Shown: positions 20,022 through 30,290 of the stretch, in pieces
How the letters are laid out: each line of letters opens with the position of its first letter
Numbering within the stretch: position 1 is the stretch's first letter
Source of the DNA: Candidatus Bathyarchaeota archaeon
GTDB lineage: Archaea > Thermoproteota > Bathyarchaeia > Bathyarchaeales > Bathycorpusculaceae
Assembly (NCBI GenBank): GCA_963770935.1
Contig: CAVYRJ010000014.1
Coordinates: 32,001-96,000 of the forward strand
Reading direction: 5' to 3'
Length of the DNA: 64,000 nucleotides
Translations under genes and position numbers: made by a program
The notes under the pieces: generated by a model
Databases searched by the model: none
What the model was told of the DNA's origin: nothing
Seen by the model: only the letters and a program-made list of their open reading frames with translations

Positions 20022-20316
20022 GCAGTGAACCTCAAGTGGCTATACTTTTGTTACGCACTTATTTTAGGTTTCGGAAAACCAAACTGAACGTTTCGGCGCT
20101 TGAGGAAGATCTTTTGGGATTGGTTTATTAAAGTTTAATGACCTGTTGAAGTGGAATTATTTTTTTAGCATGTATTTGGCTATTTTAAGGTCCGCAAACC
20201 TCTGCAAATATTACTATTTTATGTCAGAAATGATTTTAGCAACTGGTTGACTTCGATTTGGTGAAAGAATGTTTTTATTTTGTTTGTGTAATAGCTTTCT
20301 TTCAAGGTGTAATTTA

Positions 20317-21261
20317 ATGGGTAAAGGTTCAGGGTATGGAAAAGTAATCTTGTTTGGCGAACACTTCGTTGTTCACGGTGTCCCAGGCATTGTTTCAGCT
20401 ATAGATTCCACTACTGATGCAGAAGTAAAAAAAGCGCAGAACGGAATCAACGTTAAAGACGAGCGGAAAACCTCAAAGGGCTACAGCGACGAAAAACGAC
20501 TTCAGCAACTCGAGTCTATCGAGAGAATGCTGAAAGCCATGGGCATAGACCCCAAAATTGCGCTGGATATTTGGGTAGGTGGAACCCTTCCAGGTTTCAG
20601 TGGACTTGGTGCTTCAGCTGCAAGCAGCGTCGCCATCGCACGAGCCATAGCCCAAGAGCTGGGCATGAAAATTTCTAACGAAAAAATTAATCAAGTTGCT
20701 TATGAAGGTGAGAAAGCCTACGCCGGCAACCCTTCAGGTATCGACAACACTGCAGCAACATATGGCGGACTTATGTGGTTTAAGAAAAACATGGGTGGCG
20801 GACCCGACAAAGTCGAGCCCCTAAGCATTAAAGATCCTGTGGAAATCGTCATCGGAAGCACGGGCAAAGTTGCTAACACCAAAGCGATGGTCGAAGGGGT
20901 AGCCGAACGCAAAAACAAAAACCCACAAAAATACAATCCAATCTTCAAACGAGCAGAAGAACTAGCTTACGAGGGCAGAGCAGCACTGGAATTCTTCAAC
21001 CTAAAAAAAATCGGTGACCTCATGAACGAAAACCACCACCTACTTCAGGAAATCGAGGTTTCAAGCAAAGAACTCGACCTGCTTGTTAACCTTGCGAGAA
21101 AACAGGGCGCTTTTGGCGCTAAACTCACAGGCGGGGGAGGTGGAGGTTGCATTGTCGCTTTGACCCCAGGCAAAGAGTTGCAGAGCAAAGTTGCAGACGC
21201 AATAAAGAACTTAGGCTTTGAAGTATTAAGCACAAAAATTGGGGTCGTAACTCGAAACTAA
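20317..21261 (+). CDS. mvk: Mevalonate kinase
   Basis: GKVILFGEHFVVHG, PGFSGLGASAA, SGID, KLTGGGGGG (GHMP kinase motifs). Confidence 0.94.
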   Translation: MGKGSGYGKVILFGEHFVVHGVPGIVSAIDSTTDAEVKKAQNGINVKDERKTSKGYSDEKRLQQLESIERMLKAMGIDPKIALDIWVGGTLPGFSGLGASAASSVAIARAIAQELGMKISNEKINQVAYEGEKAYAGNPSGIDNTAATYGGLMWFKKNMGGGPDKVEPLSIKDPVEIVIGSTGKVANTKAMVEGVAERKNKNPQKYNPIFKRAEELAYEGRAALEFFNLKKIGDLMNENHHLLQEIEVSSKELDLLVNLARKQGAFGAKLTGGGGGGCIVALTPGKELQSKVADAIKNLGFEVLSTKIGVVTRN

Positions 21262-21389
21262 AATGGTTAAAAAACCCATTTTTACTCTAACCGATTATTT
21301 TGTTTTCCCGCATAAAAATTGGGTGTTAATCATTTTGCGATTCTTTTATAAAGAGAAAAATACAGGTATTTGAAATAGGCGAATGCAAC

Positions 21390-22700
21390 ATGGGCTTAAG
21401 AGATTTCATTGAGCAATTAAACAAAAACGGCGAACTAACCAGAATAGCGAAGCATGTTTCCACAGAGTACGAGATTGCTGGAATAATCAATGCTCTTGGC
21501 GAGAAACCAGTTTACTTTGAGAAAATAAAAGAATCCTCTTACCCCGTTGTTGCTGGGCTTGTCTCCTCGAAAGATTTGATTTCGCGGTCACTTGGCATAA
21601 GCAAAGACCAGCTCTTGCCAAAACTGTTAGCCGCCATCGACCACCCAGTTTCCGCAAACCTTGTACAGAAGGGCGCGTGCCAAGAAGTAGTGGAGACCAA
21701 CGTTGACTTAACCAAACTTCCAATAATGCATTACACTGAAAAAGACGGTGGAGATTACATTGCTTCAGCCGTGTCCATTGTTAAAGACCCCGAGTTTGGA
21801 CGCAACATGTGCTTCCACCGCCTGATGCTTCTTGACAAAAACCGTTTTGTTGCCCGAATAGTCGAGAACCGTGGTACTGATACGGCGCTCAAAAAAGCCG
21901 GCGGAGAACTTGACATCGCCATATGCATAGGCAACTCCACTGCGGTTCTGCTTTCGGCGGCTACAACATTGCCGATGGGCACCGATGAGTTAGGAATGGC
22001 AAACGCCTTAGAAAAAACTGAGCTTGTCAAATGCAAAACCGTAGACCTTGAGGTTCCAGCTGACTGCGAATTTGTGCTGGAAGGCAGAATAACAAAGGAA
22101 AAAGCCTCAGAAGGTCCCTTCCTCGACTTAACAGGCATCGTTGACCGCGTAAGACAGCAACCAATCGTTGAAATAAAATGCATAACCCACCGCAAAAACC
22201 CAATTTACCAAACTATCCTTGCAGGCAGAAACGAGCACAAGTTTCTAATGGGCATGCCAAAAGAACCAACCATTTACAGCGAAGTCAACAAAGTCTGCCA
22301 ATGCAAAGATGTCTACATTACGCCGGGCGGATGCAGCTGGCTTCATGCGGTTGTGCAAATCAAAAAGCAGAATGCTGATGACGGCAAAAAAGCAATCAAT
22401 GCCACGTTCGAAGGGCACAAATCTCTAAAGCACTGCGTAATCGTGGACGAGGACATCAATATCTATGACCCCGATGACGTGGAATGGGCAATTGCCACAC
22501 GTTTCCAAGCCGACAAAAACAGCGTCATCCTCTCGAACCAGCCTGGTTCGTCACTGGATCCCTCGGGCGACCTCTCAGAAGGCAAAAAAGCCACCACCGC
22601 CAAAGCAGGCTTAGACGCCACGGCGCCGATGGTTACGACGGGAAAAGGCTTTAGAAAAGTTGATTACATCAAAGTTGACCTAAACAAGTACCTGGGATAA
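21390..22700 (+). CDS. UbiD family decarboxylase, probably trans-anhydromevalonate 5-phosphate decarboxylase
   Basis: EGPF and VEWAIATRFQ..SSLDPS UbiD motifs; mevalonate gene context. Confidence 0.85.
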   Translation: MGLRDFIEQLNKNGELTRIAKHVSTEYEIAGIINALGEKPVYFEKIKESSYPVVAGLVSSKDLISRSLGISKDQLLPKLLAAIDHPVSANLVQKGACQEVVETNVDLTKLPIMHYTEKDGGDYIASAVSIVKDPEFGRNMCFHRLMLLDKNRFVARIVENRGTDTALKKAGGELDIAICIGNSTAVLLSAATTLPMGTDELGMANALEKTELVKCKTVDLEVPADCEFVLEGRITKEKASEGPFLDLTGIVDRVRQQPIVEIKCITHRKNPIYQTILAGRNEHKFLMGMPKEPTIYSEVNKVCQCKDVYITPGGCSWLHAVVQIKKQNADDGKKAINATFEGHKSLKHCVIVDEDINIYDPDDVEWAIATRFQADKNSVILSNQPGSSLDPSGDLSEGKKATTAKAGLDATAPMVTTGKGFRKVDYIKVDLNKYLG

Positions 22701-22702
22701 CC

Positions 22703-23902
22703 ATGGAACTGACTAAGCAAGAACAGGATATGCTGGATGGCAAAGAAGGTTATGCTGTCCGTAAAAGTATGGAAATCCTAACTGCACTCGGTGACATTTT
22801 CGGAGCAAAGAGCCTAATCAAAGTAGGCAGTGTCCAAGTAGCAGGAGTATCCTATCACAACCTAGGCGACGCAGGACTTGAATTTCTAAATGAATTGGCG
22901 GTTGATGGCAGAGTAAAAGTTCTCACTACATTAAATCCCGCTGGGATGGATTTGGAGAATTGGCAGCAACTCGGCATAAGCCCCGAATTCGCAGAAAAAC
23001 AAAACCTAGTAATCGACGCCTTTAAACGCATGGGCATACTCATCAGCTGCACCTGCACACCCTACCTTATCGGCAACTTGCCGCTTTATGGCGAGCACCT
23101 TGCATGGTCAGAAAGCAGTGCAGTCACTTTTGCCAACTCGGTTTTGGGCGCAAAAACTAACCGTGAAGGGGGACCATCAGCATTGGCAGCCGCATTCGTC
23201 GGAAAAACTCCCTGCTACGGGTTGCACCTTGATAAGAACAGAGTGCCTGATATACATGTTCAAGTTAACGCAGAATTAACCAAACTTTCCGATTGGGGCG
23301 CACTGGGCTACGCGATTGGCAAAAAAGCAGAGAACAAGATCCCATACATCACAGGCATTAAAGCGGCTGACCTTGACGATCTCAAGTCTTTCTGCGCTTC
23401 CGTAGTAACTTATGGTGCAAAACCTCTTTTCTACATGAAGGGCGTAACACCTGGAGCCGAACAACAACCGCAACTTAATGAAAAAGTAATCATTGAGCAA
23501 AGTGACCTCAAAAATGCCTACGACAACATCAACGACGACATAAATAATATTGAACTGGTTTGTGTGGGCTGTCCGCATTGTTCTATTAAGGAAATCTCTG
23601 AAATCGCTGATTTAGTCAAAGGCAAACAGGTGGCACAGGGCACGGAGTTTTGGGTCGCCACATCTCGAACCGCTAAACAACTTGCGGATAAACGCGGCTA
23701 CACAACAACTATTGAGGCAGCTGGGGGCAAATTCGCCTGCGACACCTGCATGGCAGTAGCTCCCTTAAAAGGTAGATTCAAAACTTTAGCCACAACGTCT
23801 GCGAAGGGATGTTTCTATTCAAGGCAGAATCTTATGAAAACCAAGATGGGCAGCATAGAAGAATGCGTACAAGCAGCGGTGACTGGAAAATGGAACAATT
23901 AA
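22703..23902 (+). CDS. Aconitase X large subunit (phosphomevalonate dehydratase L)
   Basis: CTCTPY, WSESSA, GCPH, DTCM motifs. Confidence 0.9.
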   Translation: MELTKQEQDMLDGKEGYAVRKSMEILTALGDIFGAKSLIKVGSVQVAGVSYHNLGDAGLEFLNELAVDGRVKVLTTLNPAGMDLENWQQLGISPEFAEKQNLVIDAFKRMGILISCTCTPYLIGNLPLYGEHLAWSESSAVTFANSVLGAKTNREGGPSALAAAFVGKTPCYGLHLDKNRVPDIHVQVNAELTKLSDWGALGYAIGKKAENKIPYITGIKAADLDDLKSFCASVVTYGAKPLFYMKGVTPGAEQQPQLNEKVIIEQSDLKNAYDNINDDINNIELVCVGCPHCSIKEISEIADLVKGKQVAQGTEFWVATSRTAKQLADKRGYTTTIEAAGGKFACDTCMAVAPLKGRFKTLATTSAKGCFYSRQNLMKTKMGSIEECVQAAVTGKWNN

Positions 23903-24276
23903 AAGGCAGAATAATCTACAAAGGCAAAGCGCAGGGCGAAGCCTTGGTAACTTCGATGCCAATTTCGTTTTATGGTGGCGTGGATCCCAACACAGGAGTC
24001 GTCCTAGAAAAAGGACACGATCTCCAAGGCATAAGCGTCAAAGGCAAAATCCTCGTCTTTCCCCAAGGCAAAGGCAGCACAGTCGGAAGCTACACACTCT
24101 ACCGCATGAAAAAGAACAACACCGCACCCGCCGCCATGATAAACAAAGAAACCGAAACCATAATCGCCGTCGGCGCCATCATCAGCGAAATCCCAACCAT
24201 AGACAAAATCGACGTGTCAAAGATTAAAACCGGCAATAAAGTCAGCATAGAAAACGATACCATCACCCTTTTTTAG
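23890..24276 (+). CDS. Aconitase X swiveling subunit (phosphomevalonate dehydratase S, DUF126)
   Basis: ISFYGGVDP..G..KGSTVGSY. Confidence 0.9.
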   Translation: MEQLKGRIIYKGKAQGEALVTSMPISFYGGVDPNTGVVLEKGHDLQGISVKGKILVFPQGKGSTVGSYTLYRMKKNNTAPAAMINKETETIIAVGAIISEIPTIDKIDVSKIKTGNKVSIENDTITLF

Positions 24277-24397
24277 GGCTTTTTTCTTTTCACGGACAAT
24301 TTTTAAGTATCCTCATGGACCAGTCTGATATAGGCAGAGAAAAACTGCAACGTTAAATTAGCCGAACTCAAATAGACATAGTCAGGTTACGATTACA

Positions 24398-25201
24398 ATG
24401 AACGATTCAAGACCTATAATCCTAAAGATCGGCGGCTCAGCTATCACTGACAAAACCGGAGAGTTAGCTGCAAAAACCGAAATCATAAACCGCTTAGCTG
24501 AAGAAATCAAGCGAGCAGACCTAGACAACCTCATCGTTGTTCATGGAGGCGGCAGCTTTGGTCATCCGACAGCAGAAAAATATGGCATAAAAAACGGCTA
24601 CAACGAAGACCCAACACAGAAATTAGGCTTTGCTGAAACCCACCATGTCATGACAGTGCTTAATGGCTTGGTTATGGATGCTTTGATTTGGCATGAAATC
24701 GCTGCCGTAAGCATCGCGCCATCTTCCTGTTTCTTGACTGAGAACGGCAAAATAAATTTCTTCAACGAAACCGTCCTTAAATCCATGCAAAAAATGGCAT
24801 TCACACCAGTCATGTATGGCGACGCAGTTTTAGATGAAAAGTTGGGCTTCACAATCCTCTCAGGAGACCAGCTTGTAGCTTACTTAGCCATAAAATACAA
24901 CGCGTCAAAAATCGTCGTCGGCACTGACACCGATGGCTTATTTGACGCAGATCCAAAAACCAACCCAGATGCAAAACCCTACAAAAAACTAACTTTAGCT
25001 GAGCTCAAAGCAATTCAGCCAAAACTTGGTAAATCCCAAGGTAAAGATGTTACAGGCGGCATGGCAGGCAAAATAGCCGCATTAATCCCGGCAATCGAAC
25101 AGGGAATACATGTAACAGTTACGGGAGCCACAAAAGGGTTATCTATTTACAGAGCCTTAACAGACCAAAGTGTGTTAGGCACTGAAATAGAGAAGACCTA
25201 A
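24398..25201 (+). CDS. ipk: Isopentenyl phosphate kinase
   Basis: KIGGSAIT, HGGGSFGH, SGD, DVTGGMAGK. Confidence 0.92.
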   Translation: MNDSRPIILKIGGSAITDKTGELAAKTEIINRLAEEIKRADLDNLIVVHGGGSFGHPTAEKYGIKNGYNEDPTQKLGFAETHHVMTVLNGLVMDALIWHEIAAVSIAPSSCFLTENGKINFFNETVLKSMQKMAFTPVMYGDAVLDEKLGFTILSGDQLVAYLAIKYNASKIVVGTDTDGLFDADPKTNPDAKPYKKLTLAELKAIQPKLGKSQGKDVTGGMAGKIAALIPAIEQGIHVTVTGATKGLSIYRALTDQSVLGTEIEKT

Positions 25202-25202
25202 G

Positions 25203-26299
25203 ATGGCTGAAAAAACCGGCAAACGTAAAGTAGACCACATACGCATTTGCTTAGACCAAAAAGCTCAAGCCAGAAACGTTACCGCAGGTTTCGAGGACAT
25301 CCAACTGGTTCATCGTGCACTGCCTGAAATTAACAAATCCAAAATCAACCTTTCAACCACTTTCTTAGGTAAAAAATTCAAAGCGCCAATTATTGTAGGT
25401 GCAATGACTGGGGGGGCGGAGGAAGCAACCTCCATTAACGCTTCGATAGCTGAAGCAGTGGAGAAGCTTGGGTTAGGCATGGGTTTAGGTAGCCAGAGAG
25501 CCGCCATCGAAAACAAAAGCCTTGAAAAAACCTACAGGATCGCACGGGAAAAAGCCCCAAACGCATTCTTAATAGCCAATGTCGGCGGAGTTCAGCTGGT
25601 GCATGGCTACGGCATCAAAGAAGTAAAAAAAATTGTAGAAATGATTGACGCGAACGCCGTCGCAGTTCATCTTAACGCATTGCAGGAAGTTGTGCAGCCT
25701 GAGGGACAAACCAACTTTCAAGGTGTCCTATCCAAGATCGGCGAAATCGCGGGAGAACTTGATGTGCCAGTCATCGTAAAAGAAACTGGGGCAGGAATCT
25801 CCTCAGAAGACGCAAAAGCGCTTGAGACTAGGCAGGCGTTAAAGCCATCGATGTCGGGGGAGTTGGCGGAACCAGCTTTGCAGCAGTAGAATACTACCGC
25901 TCAACCCAACAAAAAGATATTTACTTAGGCGAGGCTTTCTGGGATTGGGGCATACCCACCGCGGTGAGTCTTGTCGAGAATGCGCAGACTGTAAAGTTGC
26001 CCTTGATTGCTTCAGGCGGTATACGAAGCGGCACGGACATTGCCAAAGCTTTAGCTCTTGGTGCAAGCTTAGCCAGTGTATCCCAGCCCATTCTTGAAAC
26101 GGCAGTTAAAGGCGTCAAAGAAACCGAGGAAAAACTGTCCTGCCTAATCGAGGAACTACGCAACGTCATGTTCCTTGTAGGCGCAGAAAAACTAAACGAT
26201 TTAACCAAATCTCCTGTAGTGATAACTGGAAAAACCGCTCAGTGGCTGCAAGCCCGCAGATTCAACTTAGAAAAATACGCTAAAAGAGGCGCACGTTAA
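25203..26299 (+). CDS. fni: Type 2 isopentenyl-diphosphate isomerase, frameshift near 25830
   Basis: RKVDH, AMTGG, GSQRAA, QPEG, VKETGAG; continues GGTSFAAVE...ASGGIRSG in another frame. Confidence 0.9.
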
Positions 26300-26300
26300 C

Positions 26301-27371
26301 TTGGACATCGAAAAATACCTCGAAGAAACCGCCCCATTAATCGACAAAACCATCGAAAAATACCTACCACGCAAGTTCAGCAAGGACGCGGTACTCTTTA
26401 AGGTCACTCCGCCCATTTACAGCTACACGCTTGAGCCTATGAACAAGGCGGTAGCGGACCCCATCTGGGACATGTTGGACCGAGGCGGAAAACGTTGGCG
26501 ACCGGCTCTGTTCCTTTTGATTTGTGAAGCACTGGGCAAAAAAGCCGAAAACTGTTTAGACTTCTCAATTATTCCCGAAGTTATCCATAACGGCACCTTA
26601 GTCATCGACGACATTGAAGACTCCTCCGAAATGCGCCGCGGGAAGCCTTGCACCCATAAGATTTTTCAAATGGACATCTCCATTAACGCTGGAAACGCCA
26701 TGTATTACTTGCCACTTTTGCCCTTAATGGTGCAAAGAGAGAAGCTTTCTCCTGAGGTGCAACGGGACTTTTACGAGGTTTATGTTCAGGAAATGATTAA
26801 CCTAAGCATGGGCCAAGCAATGGACATTGCATGGCACAAGGGTATAGCTAACGCAGACGCCCTTGGTGAAGACGATTATTTGCAGATGTGTGCCTACAAA
26901 ACAGGCACCCTAGCCCGCATGGCGGCAAAAATGGCAGCAGTTCTCGCAGACGCCCCGAAGCCTCTTGTTGAAAAGCTTGGTCGTTTCGCCGAAAGTATCG
27001 GCGTTGCCTTCCAGATGCAGGACGACATCTTGGATTTGACGGGGCAAGAGTTTGCCAAAAAGAAGGGTGGCGTCGGACAAGACATCACTGAAGGCAAACG
27101 TTCCCTAATGGCTATTTACACTCTCAAAAAAGCCAACAGCAAAGACAAAAAGCGGCTAGTTGAGATTCTCAATATGCACACCTCCGACCAGAAACTCCGA
27201 GACGAAGCCATCGCACTCATGCAGAAATATGGTGCCATGGAACACGTCAAACAAACCGCGGAACGGATGGTTATGGAAAGCTGGAGTGAAACAGAAAAGC
27301 TTTTACCCACTCCCCAAGCTAAGGAAAAATTAAAAGCGTTCGCTGAATTCTTGATTAAACGAAACAAGTAA
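26301..27371 (+). CDS. Polyprenyl (GGPP) synthase
   Basis: GGKRWRP, DDIED..RRG, QMQDDILD, DITEGK. Confidence 0.93.
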   Translation: MDIEKYLEETAPLIDKTIEKYLPRKFSKDAVLFKVTPPIYSYTLEPMNKAVADPIWDMLDRGGKRWRPALFLLICEALGKKAENCLDFSIIPEVIHNGTLVIDDIEDSSEMRRGKPCTHKIFQMDISINAGNAMYYLPLLPLMVQREKLSPEVQRDFYEVYVQEMINLSMGQAMDIAWHKGIANADALGEDDYLQMCAYKTGTLARMAAKMAAVLADAPKPLVEKLGRFAESIGVAFQMQDDILDLTGQEFAKKKGGVGQDITEGKRSLMAIYTLKKANSKDKKRLVEILNMHTSDQKLRDEAIALMQKYGAMEHVKQTAERMVMESWSETEKLLPTPQAKEKLKAFAEFLIKRNK

Positions 27372-27392
27372 CACTGAGCGAGCGTAAATGAT

Positions 27393-29144
27393 TTGGCGTT
27401 AGAAAACGATATTGAACTCAGAGAACTTATTCGAAAAGCCGCCTTGCTAAACGCGGTTGGGCATGACGGGAAAGCACAAGATGGCGCAATGGTTGGAAAG
27501 GTTCTTGGAGAAAAACAGGAGCTAAGAAGCCGCGTAAAGGAACTCTCAGGCATAATTAACTCGGTTGTAAATGAAGTTAACAGTCTGTCTCTCTCTGAGC
27601 AGAAAGCTATCGTTGAAGCAAATTGGCCTGAAACCCAGAAAAAGCATGAAGCTGAAGAGAAACGTCTTTCGCCGCTGCCTAACATCGATAAGTATCCTCA
27701 GATAGTAACTCGTTTTTCACCTAACCCTGACTGCGTTTTACACTTGGGTTCAGCAAGAGCCATACTGCTAAGCCACGAATACGCTCGAATATACAACGGT
27801 AAATTCATTCTGCGTTTCGAAGACACAGACCCCAAAATCAAAAAGCCATCCTTAAAATTCTATGACAGCATCAGGCAAGATTTGAAATGGCTGGGCTGCA
27901 AAATCGACGAAGAATACATCCAAAGCGACCGACTCCCCATCTACTACGAGTACACTGAGCGGCTCATTGGGGATGGCAACGCATACGTTTGCGAGTGTGT
28001 GCCTGAAGAGTTCCGCAAAATAACGATAGCTAAGCAAGCATGTCCATGCAGAGCTGTGCCAGCTAATGAACAATTGGAGCGTTGGCATAGCATGTTGAAT
28101 GGAGAATACACAGAAGGGCAAGCTGTAGTTCGCGTGAAAACAGAACTTGAAAACCCAAACCCAGCAGTCCGAGACTGGCCTGCCCTCCGCATCGTCGATA
28201 CAAAGAAATATCCTCATCCACGCGTCGGAAGCAAATATGTAGTTTGGCCTCTCTACAACTTAGCCGCAGGTTTAGACGACCATTTAATGGGTATGACCCA
28301 CATCATTCGTGGCAAAGAACACTACACAAACATGGTCCGTCAAAAATACATGTACGCGCATTTGGGCTGGACCTACCCCGAAGCCATACATTATGGAAGA
28401 CTAAAAATCACAGGTGCCTTCCTCAGCAAATCAAAAATTGTTCAAGGCATAAAAGAAGGTCTGTACACAGGCTATGACGACCCGCGGCTGGGCACTTTTG
28501 CTGCCCTAAGAAAACGCGGAATCACACCCGAAGCCATCAAAAAAATGATAATCGACGTAGGCACAAAATCTAACGACGTCACGTTGAGTTGGGAGAACCT
28601 GTTTTCATACAACCGCAAAATCCTTGATGCCTCAAGCGACAGGTACTTCTTCGTGCCCCAGCCCGTCGAACTTAAGGTTTTGGACGTGCCAAAGACTTTC
28701 CAAGCTAAACTTCCATTGCACCCAGAGAAACCTGACCGCGGATTTAGAGAATATACGGTAACTCCATACGGTGGAGATAAAGTTGTTAGCTTTTGGGTTT
28801 CCCAGAAAGACGCAGAAGCCATGGAGCCAGAAAAAGTTGTAAGGTTTATGGAGCTTTTCAACATTAAAATTAAAAGCAAAACCGAAACTTCCATAACTGC
28901 AACGTTTGCCAGCGAATCCTACGAAGATGTGCGGAAAATCAAAGTCCAACTTATGCAGTGGATACCCAAAGGCACAGAATTCTCAAGCCAAGTAGTGATG
29001 CCTGACGCGTCAGTTGTCGAGGGTTTTGCTGAGGCTGACTGCAAAAAGTTAAAGCCAGACGATATCATACAGTTTGAACGCTTCGGTTTCGTGCGGGTAA
29101 ACGAAGTCGGCGAGAAACTAGTCGCTTACTACACACACAAATAG
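27393..29144 (+). CDS. gltX: Glutamate--tRNA ligase
   Basis: RFSPNP..HLGS, LRFEDTDP, LSKS, QFERFGF. Confidence 0.96.
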   Translation: MALENDIELRELIRKAALLNAVGHDGKAQDGAMVGKVLGEKQELRSRVKELSGIINSVVNEVNSLSLSEQKAIVEANWPETQKKHEAEEKRLSPLPNIDKYPQIVTRFSPNPDCVLHLGSARAILLSHEYARIYNGKFILRFEDTDPKIKKPSLKFYDSIRQDLKWLGCKIDEEYIQSDRLPIYYEYTERLIGDGNAYVCECVPEEFRKITIAKQACPCRAVPANEQLERWHSMLNGEYTEGQAVVRVKTELENPNPAVRDWPALRIVDTKKYPHPRVGSKYVVWPLYNLAAGLDDHLMGMTHIIRGKEHYTNMVRQKYMYAHLGWTYPEAIHYGRLKITGAFLSKSKIVQGIKEGLYTGYDDPRLGTFAALRKRGITPEAIKKMIIDVGTKSNDVTLSWENLFSYNRKILDASSDRYFFVPQPVELKVLDVPKTFQAKLPLHPEKPDRGFREYTVTPYGGDKVVSFWVSQKDAEAMEPEKVVRFMELFNIKIKSKTETSITATFASESYEDVRKIKVQLMQWIPKGTEFSSQVVMPDASVVEGFAEADCKKLKPDDIIQFERFGFVRVNEVGEKLVAYYTHK

Positions 29145-29154
29145 GTGAAACAAA

Positions 29155-29466
29155 ATGAGAAAACTCGATAAAGCAATAATCTGGCCAGTCTACTTTGACT
29201 GCAATAAATCAAGAAAAGAAGGACGGCGAGTCCCTAAAAGTCTGGCAGTGCAATCGCCAAAAATTGCTGAAATAAAAGAAGCAGCGGACAAACTTTGTTT
29301 ACAGAACGAAGTTAACTTTGAGGCTCATTTTCCCAAGACGCCGTGGGTTAAAGCTGGGATGCTACTTATTGAGAAACAGGAAGCGAAGGAAAAGATAATT
29401 CAAAAACTTGCAAAGCAACTATTGAAAATTAAAAACCAGCAACAACAGTTGCTTGCTAAACGTTGA
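29155..29466 (+). CDS. srp19: Signal recognition particle protein SRP19
   Basis: IWPVYFD...SRKEGRRVP...P. Confidence 0.93.
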   Translation: MRKLDKAIIWPVYFDCNKSRKEGRRVPKSLAVQSPKIAEIKEAADKLCLQNEVNFEAHFPKTPWVKAGMLLIEKQEAKEKIIQKLAKQLLKIKNQQQQLLAKR

Positions 29467-29483
29467 GAATTTAAAGAAATTTT

Positions 29484-29876
29484 TTAGGCTTTCTCTTTGG
29501 TTATGAGAACAGCGTTGATTATGCCATCGCTGCCGGGTCGACTAGTAACTTTCGCTAAGCCGAGTGCGGTCTCAATTTCTGCGCCTTTTGTGATGACGCC
29601 TCTGCGGTTGTAGTCAACGTTCGCTCCGTTTTTAACTACTCGGGTAATTTCTGTTTTTTCTGTTTTGCCGCTTTTAGGGTCAGTTACAGAAGCGTATTTG
29701 TCGCTGAGCACCTTGATTTTGCAGATGCCGCCCATGCCACGGGTGGTCTTGCGTCTTGGTTCACCAAGAGTTGTTTCAGCTGGGTATCCGCCTGCTTCGT
29801 ATTTTTTCTTTGATCGGTAAGCTCTTTTTTTGCCGCCTGTAAGTTTTCTTTTGCGCAAACTACTATGAGTAGACAT
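29484..29876 (-). CDS. rps8e: 30S ribosomal protein eS8
   Basis: RKLTGG, RRGVITKGA, VTSRPG.DG.INAVL. Confidence 0.96.
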   Translation of the reverse strand: MSTHSSLRKRKLTGGKKRAYRSKKKYEAGGYPAETTLGEPRRKTTRGMGGICKIKVLSDKYASVTDPKSGKTEKTEITRVVKNGANVDYNRRGVITKGAEIETALGLAKVTSRPGSDGIINAVLITKEKA

Positions 29877-30290
29877 ATTCTACATTTCCTTGATTCGAGT
29901 AGTCACTAAAACTGTTAATTTCAATATAAACATATCCGTTTTAAGGTAGTTGTTCTCCAGTTCGAATTATCGTTTTAAGTATGGATTTAACGATGTTTTC
30001 TCTAATAGGACGCTTGATAATGTTTGGGGAGCAAAAAGGTTTGTTAAGCGGATTTAGCCGTGGGCTAGCATCAAGGGGCGCAAAAGTAATTAACTGTCGC
30101 CTTCTTTTTGTTAGCCGCCAGACCCGCTCAACTGTTGGCTCTTAGTAAATTGCTTTCTCACTACCCCATAACGATTCGATTTGATATAAGGCAATGTTGT
30201 TACATAATGAAGCAACAATTGCTATGTTCTTTACTGATTTTTCTAAGAACAAAATATGGAATTATACGTGTAATATGGGAAAAATAATAA

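Noticed and set aside
25820-25840. Programmed frameshift in fni
   Set aside because: No slippery heptamer or downstream structure; the gene is needed for lipid synthesis, so a consensus indel is more likely.
29880-30290. SRP RNA gene near srp19
   Set aside because: No helix-8 SRP54-binding motif or Alu-like domain visible.
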